Of a stretch of DNA of 30,756 nucleotides, positions 9,596-15,724 are shown in pieces. Position 1 is the stretch's first letter. Each line of letters begins with the position of its first letter. The notes beneath the pieces are model-generated. The model saw only the letters and a program-made list of their open reading frames with translations. It made no database searches and was not told the origin of the DNA. A program made the translations under genes and the position numbers. The stretch is taken from IMG/VR virus record IMGVR_UViG_3300025635_000114, positions 1-30,756 of that record; one strand, written 5' to 3'. Source of the stretch: a virus (taxonomy: Duplodnaviria > Caudoviricetes).

Positions 9596-9891
9596 CAGAA
9601 GTTGATGTCGTCGTCGGCCCAGTTATCTTCCGTGAGCTGTTTTTTCGGCGGCGGCCTCTTGTTGGCATCGAGCGGCACCGCGACCGACAGCCGCATCATG
9701 TGTTTGGTCTTGCCGGTCTTTTTGCAGACATAAGTGGACTTGCGACCGAACAGCGTCCAATCCGTTCCGGCGACGTTGACGCTGCCGGTGAAATCGGGCG
9801 AATCTTCGGTTTTCTTTTCCTCGTTGACGAACAGCACGCCCTTGTTAACGGGGTCATACGGCGTGTCATATTGTTTTTGCTGCGGTTTCAC
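9595..9891 (-). CDS. Putative single-stranded DNA-binding protein (DUF736-like)
   Basis: GVLFVNEEKKTEDSPDFTGSV core, acidic SSB-type tail DDDINF, adjacent to ERF. Confidence 0.7.
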   Translation of the reverse strand: MKPQQKQYDTPYDPVNKGVLFVNEEKKTEDSPDFTGSVNVAGTDWTLFGRKSTYVCKKTGKTKHMMRLSVAVPLDANKRPPPKKQLTEDNWADDDINF

Positions 9892-10535
9892 TTCATTTGC
9901 TCCTTCGCTATTTTGATGTAAGCCTTGATCGCGGATTTCAGTTTGGAACCGAGCGCATCGCCAACCGCGACATACAAATCATGGTTTGCGCTAATCGTTT
10001 GGTGAATGTCTAGCACCGCAAACGCGATGTCTTTTTCTTCGGCGTCAAGGTCAAATGCGGCCTTGAACTTATCAACGTATGCTTGCACCTCGGCAGGGTC
10101 TGCGGTTTTTCCAAGATCACCGCGAGGGTCAAGCCGCAGATCGGGTTTTCGGCCTTGCGCGGCTTCGCCGTCATCGTCGGTTTGATAAATACCAACAATC
10201 GCAGCCAACGCGTACCGGCGGGCATACGTCAGCCCAGAGCCTTGCGCCTGCGGGCTGTTGTCTTTAACCAGCACCGGCATTTCGCCCGCGATCCACTCGC
10301 CACTTGAATGCAGCAAGGTCGTTACCAAAATCAAGCCATCTGGCGTGTATCGGCTGGTTTGCACCACCGCCAGCCCGTTGTCTGTCAGCGGCTTGCGGCA
10401 GGCTTCCCACACCGCCTCAAGATCAGCATAACGGCTTTTGTAAAAAGGATTGGCCGAATCTTTAACGGCTCCCGTTATAGCGGCTTGTGCCTTTGCTAAC
10501 GCCGCAGCCAACGCACCGATTGTTTCTGATTTCAT
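9888..10535 (-). CDS. erf: ERF family single-strand annealing recombinase
   Basis: KDSANPFYKSRYADL, TTLLHSSGEW and the ERF signature GSGLTYARRYALAAIVGI-x3-DDDG. Confidence 0.93.
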   Translation of the reverse strand: MKSETIGALAAALAKAQAAITGAVKDSANPFYKSRYADLEAVWEACRKPLTDNGLAVVQTSRYTPDGLILVTTLLHSSGEWIAGEMPVLVKDNSPQAQGSGLTYARRYALAAIVGIYQTDDDGEAAQGRKPDLRLDPRGDLGKTADPAEVQAYVDKFKAAFDLDAEEKDIAFAVLDIHQTISANHDLYVAVGDALGSKLKSAIKAYIKIAKEQMK

Positions 10536-10684
10536 TGCAGTTTTCTCTCCACGTTTTCAAGTTCTTTATGGACGGCAATCAACGTCGCCAGCAGGATCGT
10601 TCGGATGAACTCGGCTTCTTCAAGTTCAGCGTCCTGTTGTTGCCACCAATCGTTATCGTCAAGCGGCATTTCATCGTCCCACAT
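10532..10684 (-). CDS. Small acidic hypothetical protein (50 aa)
   Basis: ATG at 10684 with AGGAG RBS; stop overlaps the erf start. Confidence 0.6.
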   Translation of the reverse strand: MWDDEMPLDDNDWWQQQDAELEEAEFIRTILLATLIAVHKELENVERKLQ

Positions 10685-10793
10685 GGCTTGTCTCCTGTTT
10701 GCATCCGTGGCCGTCGCAAGGCTCAATCCAGCAACAAAACAAATAAAGCAGGATGAGGCCGATCACTTGGGGCTTGATTGATTTATTCGTCAT
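10671..10793 (-). CDS. Small membrane/Cys-rich hypothetical protein (40 aa, MTNKSIKPQVIGLILLYLFCCW...)
   Basis: Not in the ORF track; fills the gap between two early genes with short overlaps; has a hydrophobic stretch. Confidence 0.5.
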   Translation of the reverse strand: MTNKSIKPQVIGLILLYLFCCWIEPCDGHGCKQETSHVGR

Positions 10794-11046
10794 GGCCGTC
10801 ATCCCACAGCATTTCTTGGCCGATCTCATCTGCGATTAAATCGTAGTCAAGGTAATCGGGATCAACGTCAAGAACGACCGGCAAAGAGTGGTAATCCTTG
10901 TCGTTCAGTTCGTACACGCCGTGCAGTTGCACGCCGTCGATTTCAAACTGATCGCCATACTGCGTCCAGTACACGTTGGCCTTCCATTTGTAACCCAACG
11001 CGGAAAGGGTCATGTCGGTGCAGTTGCTGTTTTTAAATTTGGACAT
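10783..11046 (-). CDS. Acidic early hypothetical protein (87 aa)
   Basis: ATG at 11046 with CAGGAG RBS; Asp-rich C-terminus. Confidence 0.65.
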   Translation of the reverse strand: MSKFKNSNCTDMTLSALGYKWKANVYWTQYGDQFEIDGVQLHGVYELNDKDYHSLPVVLDVDPDYLDYDLIADEIGQEMLWDDGHDE

Positions 11047-11072
11047 CTCTGTTGTCTCCTGTGAGGGGCGGC

Positions 11073-11225
11073 TTACGCCGCCACCTCGCCTTCTTCGCGG
11101 GCTTTTTCTAAAAAGCGTTCCCACTCGTCGGCTTTGTTGACGCGATAGCCATCTGCTTTTGCCGAAGCCTTAAGGTCAGCGTAGTAGGCTTCAAATTTTT
11201 CGCGGAGTTGCTTGATGGATTTCAT
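11073..11225 (-). CDS. First leftward early protein (50 aa, helical)
   Basis: ATG at 11225 with CAGGAG RBS, just downstream of the leftward promoter. Confidence 0.65.
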   Translation of the reverse strand: MKSIKQLREKFEAYYADLKASAKADGYRVNKADEWERFLEKAREEGEVAA

Positions 11226-11272
11226 AACTTGCTCCTGTCTGTGGTAGCCGGTCTGTCTGTGACCGTGGAGAC

Positions 11273-11300
11273 AGTTTAGCAATCTAAACGGCTATGTCAA
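11273..11300 (-). promoter_or_regulatory. Leftward sigma70-type promoter with overlapping operator-like palindrome
   Basis: TTGACA (11300-11295), 16 bp, TAAACT (11278-11273); GTTTAG-caat-CTAAAC at 11274-11289. Confidence 0.75.
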
Positions 11301-11305
11301 CCCCC

Positions 11306-11339
11306 TTGCGAAAAAAGTTTATGCGGCTAAAATGCCGCA
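11306..11339 (+). promoter_or_regulatory. Rightward promoter for the cro-like gene, -10 box flanked by an inverted repeat
   Basis: TTGCGA (11306-11311), 16 bp, TAAAAT (11328-11333); TGCGGC-TAAAAT-GCCGCA. Confidence 0.7.
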
Positions 11340-11341
11340 CG

Positions 11342-11509
11342 ATGGACATTCAGAAAATACTTAAACGGTTCCCTAGCCAGAAACATATGGCAAAAGCCTT
11401 TGGCGTAACGGACGGGGCCATCAGCCAATGGATCAAGGCAGGGCGGCTACCGGATGCCCGTGTATGGCAATGGAAGGCGGGGCTGGTAAAGCCCGTAAAA
11501 GGCCGCTAA
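11342..11509 (+). CDS. Cro-like HTH regulator (55 aa)
   Basis: SQKHMAKAFGVTDGAISQW...LPDAR HTH; first gene of the rightward operon. Confidence 0.85.
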   Translation: MDIQKILKRFPSQKHMAKAFGVTDGAISQWIKAGRLPDARVWQWKAGLVKPVKGR

Positions 11510-11907
11510 TGGCCTCAAACGAAAAACCCCGCCGGAGGGCGGGGCTTGACGGGCCGGGGGAAATGGCCTTACGCTTGGATTGCTGTTCGAGCGTGATGGA
11601 GATTCTGACGGACTGTTCTAGTCATGTCAATCACCCCACCACGTTTGATGCTCGGTATTGGGAACACTCCCTTAAGCCCGTTGGGGAAGAACGCGGGGCG
11701 ATACTTAAATCCGTACAGAGGCCGCCCATTTACGGACACGCAGCGCAGAGTTGGGAAGCGTGGAGGCGAACGGGGAAAACCCGTAAAAGTTGCCAACAAC
11801 GGATGGCTCCGTCAGTCATCAATCCGTGCGAGTGGGTAAGGCCTTGTTATGTCTGCTCACCGCACGGAATCACCATCAGTCATCTACCACAGAGAGGTAG
11901 TAAGTGA
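11509..11907 (+). CDS. Possible 132-aa ORF spanning the structured region
   Basis: ATG overlaps the cro stop (TAATG) and the stop overlaps the MTase GTG (GTGA), but the composition is atypical and no motif is recognisable. Confidence 0.3.
   Translation: MASNEKPRRRAGLDGPGEMALRLDCCSSVMEILTDCSSHVNHPTTFDARYWEHSLKPVGEERGAILKSVQRPPIYGHAAQSWEAWRRTGKTRKSCQQRMAPSVINPCEWVRPCYVCSPHGITISHLPQRGSK
11522..11547 (-). terminator. Intrinsic terminator, minus strand
   Basis: CCCCGCC-ggag-GGCGGGG hairpin (11527-11544) with an A5 tract at 11522-11526, i.e. a U-tail on the minus strand. Confidence 0.75.
11522..11596 (-). ncRNA. Candidate ~75-nt antisense RNA (OOP / RNA I-like)
   Basis: Bounded by a minus-strand promoter (11602-11630) and terminator; three short stem-loops. 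Confidence 0.55.
11571..11900 (+). ncRNA. Candidate large structured RNA / structured origin element
   Basis: At least eight helices found by eye, including long-range pairs 11594-11605/11867-11878 and 11605-11612/11808-11815; G-U pairs favour the + strand. Confidence 0.5.
11602..11630 (-). promoter_or_regulatory. Antisense promoter
   Basis: TTGACA (11630-11625), 17 bp, CAGAAT (11607-11602). Confidence 0.6.
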
Positions 11908-12869
11908 ACGTAATAGCATTCGGAGACTGTAGAACCTTGATGAAACGCTGGAAAGACGAAGGCGTTAAGGTTCAGACCTGTGTGACCAGTCCACCTTACT
12001 TCGGCTTACGGGATTACGGACACCCCGAACAACTTGGATTAGAAGAAACGCCCGAAAAGTTCGTTGCCAACATGGTTGAGGTGTTTCGGTGTGTCCGAGA
12101 CATACTGGCCGACGATGGAACGCTCTGGTTAAACATTGGTGATAGTTACGCTCGGCAAGGAGGCAAAGTAAGCGAACAATCTCGCCATTGGGATGGTAGA
12201 GAGCGCGATCCCGGCGCGATGCACTCCACTCGTCACGTTGACAATATGCCGGGCTTCAAGCCAAAAGACCTTATCGGTATCCCGTGGATGCTGGCTTTTG
12301 CCCTGCGTGCTGACGGTTGGTATTTGCGCCAAGACATCATTTGGCACAAACCCAACCCAATGCCCGAAAGCGTGACGGATCGTTGCACCAAAGCGCATGA
12401 ATACATATTTTTGCTATCCAAGTCGCAAAATTATTTTTACGACGCAAAAGCAATCATGGAACCGGCAAAATATGGCGAACAACACGCCAAAAAAGCAACG
12501 TCGTGGGGAACAAACAGAAAGCATCCGAACAAAGCAAACGTAGAAAAATATGCTTTTGCTGGCGAAAACCACACTTGCAGTCAAATGCCAGACGGTTCAT
12601 ACGGTAAAAATAAACGCAGCGTGTGGACGGTCACAACCAAGCCCTACGCTGGCGCACACTTTGCGACGTTTCCGACTGATTTAATTGAGCCATGCATATT
12701 GGCTGGATCACGCGAGGGCGATATTGTCTTTGATCCGTTTATGGGTAGCGGAACGACGGCGCAAGTGGCGTTAGAACACAGGCGACAGTTTTTAGGATGT
12801 GAATTGAATCCGCAGTACGAACAACTGCAAAAAGAACGCATTAGCAGCGTGCAAGTCAATTTAATTTAA
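11904..12869 (+). CDS. Orphan DNA amino-methyltransferase, beta class (N6_N4_Mtase)
   Basis: TSPPY catalytic motif before DPFMGSGTT SAM motif; IIWHKPNPMPES, HEYIFLL, HFATFP. Confidence 0.95.
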   Translation: MNVIAFGDCRTLMKRWKDEGVKVQTCVTSPPYFGLRDYGHPEQLGLEETPEKFVANMVEVFRCVRDILADDGTLWLNIGDSYARQGGKVSEQSRHWDGRERDPGAMHSTRHVDNMPGFKPKDLIGIPWMLAFALRADGWYLRQDIIWHKPNPMPESVTDRCTKAHEYIFLLSKSQNYFYDAKAIMEPAKYGEQHAKKATSWGTNRKHPNKANVEKYAFAGENHTCSQMPDGSYGKNKRSVWTVTTKPYAGAHFATFPTDLIEPCILAGSREGDIVFDPFMGSGTTAQVALEHRRQFLGCELNPQYEQLQKERISSVQVNLI

Positions 12870-12880
12870 GGGGAATAAAC

Positions 12881-13423
12881 ATGGATATACCGAATTTAGA
12901 CACAGCAGCATGGGATCGGTGGGTAGCCTACCGAAAGGCCATTAAAAAGCCGTTTAAGGACGTTTCGTTGCACGCTGCCGCAGTCAAGTTGGCAAAATAC
13001 GGTGACCAGCAAGCCGAAGTGGTTGACCAAAGCATCAGCAACCAATGGCAGGGGTTGTTTGACCTGCAAGTAAAAAAACTCGCCCCCGGTGAAAAACCGC
13101 AGAAAACCAAGGAACAACGCGCCGCTGACGATCTGAATTGGGAAAATTCGGTCAAGCGTGCGGAAAAAGGTTGGCAGGAAACCATCCCGACCGCTTTCGG
13201 ACGCCTCAAATTGTGCGATGCGCTGTGGGCGCGCTACACGATTGAGGAAGGCCCGGACGTTGACGACAAAATGGATTGGCTCAAGGGCGTGGTGGCGAGA
13301 AACCTGAAGGAAGCCGAAGCCAAGGCCGTGGCGAACGACCCGCATCTGATGATTATGGTCATGTGCTTTTTCGGCCCGCTCGGGGTCAAGCGCATCAAGG
13401 AACGGGCAGCGGTGGGCGCATGA
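12881..13423 (+). CDS. Replication protein resembling the C-terminal domain of phage O-like initiators
   Basis: WDRWVAYRKAIKKP...VVDQSISNQWQGLF motif occurs at the very N-terminus; replication-module position. Confidence 0.6.
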   Translation: MDIPNLDTAAWDRWVAYRKAIKKPFKDVSLHAAAVKLAKYGDQQAEVVDQSISNQWQGLFDLQVKKLAPGEKPQKTKEQRAADDLNWENSVKRAEKGWQETIPTAFGRLKLCDALWARYTIEEGPDVDDKMDWLKGVVARNLKEAEAKAVANDPHLMIMVMCFFGPLGVKRIKERAAVGA

Positions 13424-13629
13424 AACCCGATTACATTGTCCGAATGGCTAAAAACGATTATGGCATTTACGCTTTTACAGAAAAAACCCTTGAATTATTT
13501 ATTGTCCTTGTTGCCGCAAACGAGCGGGAGGCGTGTGCGAAAGTGTGCGACCGCGAAGCCGCCGCAGAAAGCAACCCCGTCCCGTTTGACCGATGTGCCG
13601 TTTTGATTCGCGCCCGAGGTGACCAATGA
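13420..13629 (+). CDS. Small EREACA-motif phage protein, copy 1
   Basis: ATGA-coupled start at 13420; LVAANEREACAKVC...CAVLIRARG. Confidence 0.7.
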   Translation: MKPDYIVRMAKNDYGIYAFTEKTLELFIVLVAANEREACAKVCDREAAAESNPVPFDRCAVLIRARGDQ

Positions 13630-13853
13630 CCCGCGATGACGTGATCCGCATGGCGCGAGAAGTGGCAGACAAGGACACGGTTGACCCGGTACATGGCGAC
13701 CCGCCGTTCATTGTGCTGACGCCCGACGAGATGATCCGCTTTGCCGCCCTTGTTGCCGCAGCCGAACGCGAGGCGTGTGCTGCCATCGCCGACCAATACT
13801 CCGCACCGCTCGTCGCCGGTAAAATCCGAAAGCGAGGCGAAGATGGCGGCTAA
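13626..13853 (+). CDS. Small EREACA-motif phage protein, copy 2
   Basis: MTRDDVIRMARE...RFAALVAAAEREACA...IRKRG. Confidence 0.7.
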   Translation: MTRDDVIRMAREVADKDTVDPVHGDPPFIVLTPDEMIRFAALVAAAEREACAAIADQYSAPLVAGKIRKRGEDGG

Positions 13854-14013
13854 ACGGCGATGCAAAGAGTGCCAGAAAGAATTTCTGTCGCCCGAGTCCT
13901 ATCGCACCCATAAACGCCGCGACGGGTTTTGCCGCAGCGATGAAGCCTTAATCGCTGTAGGGTTTAATAAAACGCCGACCGGCTGGATTATCGACCGGGA
14001 GCGCAGAAAATGA
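13843..14013 (+). CDS. Small zinc-finger protein (C-x2-C-x12-H-x6-C)
   Basis: CKECQKEFLSPESYRTHKRRDGFC; GAGG RBS; stop coupled to the next gene. Confidence 0.65.
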   Translation: MAAKRRCKECQKEFLSPESYRTHKRRDGFCRSDEALIAVGFNKTPTGWIIDRERRK

Positions 14014-14294
14014 GCCGCCGCGCAGCCAAGGTGGACGCCAATCAAACTGCCATCGTGCAGGCACTTCGGGCGGCGGGCTGCTCGGTGCAAAGCATCGCCA
14101 GCGTCGGCAAGGGCGCACCCGATCTGTTGGTTGGCTACGGAGGCCAGAATTATCTGCTGGAGATTAAAGACCCCGCCCAGCCGCCCTCGGCCCGCAAGTT
14201 AACGGATTTCGAGGCCGCGTGGCACCTGTCGTGGAAGGGGTCGGTGCGGGTGGTGCATACCGCCGACGAAGCCATTGCATACGTCAAGATGTGA
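14010..14294 (+). CDS. PD-(D/E)xK nuclease, VRR-NUC / Holliday junction resolvase-like
   Basis: DANQTAIVQALR, GAPDLLVGY, LLEIKD. Confidence 0.85.
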   Translation: MSRRAAKVDANQTAIVQALRAAGCSVQSIASVGKGAPDLLVGYGGQNYLLEIKDPAQPPSARKLTDFEAAWHLSWKGSVRVVHTADEAIAYVKM

Positions 14295-14302
14295 CGTAGA
14301 AT
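14275..14302 (+). promoter_or_regulatory. Candidate late promoter with a spacer palindrome
   Basis: TTGCAT (14275-14280), 16 bp, TAGAAT (14297-14302); TACGTCA-agatg-TGACGTA at 14280-14298. Confidence 0.65.
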
Positions 14303-14308
14303 CGCGGT

Positions 14309-14677
14309 ATGGCCGAGTATTCCGAAGATGTCGCCGAGTTCGTGTCTGTGCTGCTACACAGCTCGACCGTGACTCATTTTCAACATCTATCGAGTGCCTC
14401 GTACAGCCAGCACAAGGCGCTTGGCAAGTATTACTCGGCCATTATTGATCTCGCCGACCGCTACGCCGAGGCGTATTCGGGCAAATTTGAGCAGATCAAA
14501 AGCTGGCCCGAGGAGTTTCACATGGAGAAAGACCCGGTGAAATACCTCAAAAACATTCAAGATTTCGTCGAAGAAGCCCGCAAGGAACTCCCCGAGGATA
14601 CCGAGCTACAGCAGATCATCGACGATATTGCCGACCTCATATCATCCACCCTGTTTAAGTTGAGATTTTTGGAGTAA
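14309..14677 (+). CDS. Ferritin/Dps-like four-helix protein (DUF5856-like)
   Basis: HFQH...H-x14-D-x3-E (HKALGKYYSAIIDLADRYAE) Dps-type ferroxidase spacing; C-terminal LFKLRFL. Confidence 0.75.
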   Translation: MAEYSEDVAEFVSVLLHSSTVTHFQHLSSASYSQHKALGKYYSAIIDLADRYAEAYSGKFEQIKSWPEEFHMEKDPVKYLKNIQDFVEEARKELPEDTELQQIIDDIADLISSTLFKLRFLE

Positions 14678-14682
14678 TCATC

Positions 14683-14877
14683 ATGGAAAAGTACGGAACC
14701 AGCGCAAAACCGCCGAAGGGCGCGTCTGCCTCTGACGGCACGGGCGAGCGCCATGAGCGCCTCAAGAACGGCGTCGCCATGGGCATGGCCGACGGCGTAG
14801 GCAGCGACAAAAAGTTTGACGGTGGCCGTTCCAAGGGAACGTGCTATACCCACGACCGCAAGTCCTACCAGAAGTAA
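14683..14877 (+). CDS. Small Gly/Lys-rich hypothetical protein
   Basis: GGAG RBS, phage-like codon usage. Confidence 0.7.
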   Translation: MEKYGTSAKPPKGASASDGTGERHERLKNGVAMGMADGVGSDKKFDGGRSKGTCYTHDRKSYQK

Positions 14878-14937
14878 ACGGGTAACCCCGGCGACCGCCG
14901 TCGCCGAGGCACCCTAACCACCGAAGGGAGAGATTCG

Positions 14938-15138
14938 ATGGCTGACCCGCATGATACGTGTGGAACGTGCAAGTTTCACAAAGGCTCGCCCGTTGGGGCG
15001 TGCCACCGTTATCCAGAAACCATCGTGAAACACATCGCTGACCATTGCGGCGAGTACCTCCCTAGACCCGTCTATGACATCCAGACCGACGCCGTGGTGC
15101 CGGTCAAACGCCGTGGGAGGCCACCCAAGCATGATTAA
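14938..15138 (+). CDS. Small Cys-rich protein with C-terminal AT-hook-like motif
   Basis: CGTCKF...CHRYP...HCGEY and KRRGRPPK; GGGAG RBS. Confidence 0.65.
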   Translation: MADPHDTCGTCKFHKGSPVGACHRYPETIVKHIADHCGEYLPRPVYDIQTDAVVPVKRRGRPPKHD

Positions 15139-15388
15139 ACCCCTGCGAAACTTCATCGTGGTCAAGCCGATCACGCGGGAGCTGTCCAAGGTTTTGCACG
15201 TTCAGAACCGGGAAAAATACAACCGAGGCATGATCGTCAGCATCGGCCCCAAGGTCACCGACGCCAAGCCCGGTGATTTCGTGGTGTACGGCAACGGCAC
15301 CTACCTCGACTTCCCGCTCGTCAAACACGGCGGCGAAGAATTCCAGATGATCCAAGAGGCCGACATCGCCTTCATAGGTGACCCATGA
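15131..15388 (+). CDS. groES: Co-chaperonin GroES-like
   Basis: MIKPLRNFIVVKP, GMIVSIGP, KPGDFVVY, MIQEADI; start at 15131 after GGGAGG. Confidence 0.85.
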   Translation: MIKPLRNFIVVKPITRELSKVLHVQNREKYNRGMIVSIGPKVTDAKPGDFVVYGNGTYLDFPLVKHGGEEFQMIQEADIAFIGDP

Positions 15389-15657
15389 GCAAACACGACA
15401 AACCGATCCGCAGAGCCGTCGGCGGCAAGGGCGCGACCTACCGCCCGACCGAAAAAGGCGCAGGCATGACGGCCAAGGGCCGCGCCGAGTACAACCGCAA
15501 GAACGGCAGCAACCTCAAGCCGCCCGCGCCAAATCCCAAGACCAAGGCCGACGCAGGACGCAAAAAGTCATTTTGTGCAAGAATGTCTGGAGTGGTTCGG
15601 AACGCAAAGGGGCCGGCGACACGCGCAAAAGCCTCGTTGAAGAACTGGAACTGCTGA
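15385..15657 (+). CDS. Basic phage protein (DUF6321-like)
   Basis: GMTAKGR...GSNLKPP...RKKSFCARM...WNC terminus. Confidence 0.75.
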   Translation: MSKHDKPIRRAVGGKGATYRPTEKGAGMTAKGRAEYNRKNGSNLKPPAPNPKTKADAGRKKSFCARMSGVVRNAKGPATRAKASLKNWNC

Positions 15658-15724
15658 CCGTGCGGTGCCACTCGGGAATCGGTGGCGCGGAGCATGAAAA
15701 AAGACTGTTTCAAGGAGCAAACAA

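Noticed and set aside
11546-11575. Plus-strand promoter TTGACG-18-TACGCT
   Set aside because: Long spacer and weak -10, and the bases are explained by the antisense RNA stems; not fully excluded
11904-14294. MTase plus PD-(D/E)xK nuclease as a restriction-modification pair
   Set aside because: Not adjacent, and the 94-aa nuclease has the single-domain VRR-NUC/resolvase pattern
14880-14914. GC hairpin (CGGCGAC/GTCGCCG) as tRNA or terminator
   Set aside because: Single stem-loop with no cloverleaf and no U-tract; at most an mRNA stability element
15661-15694. Hairpin GTGCCAC/GTGGCGC as tRNA
   Set aside because: No D or T arm consensus and no CCA
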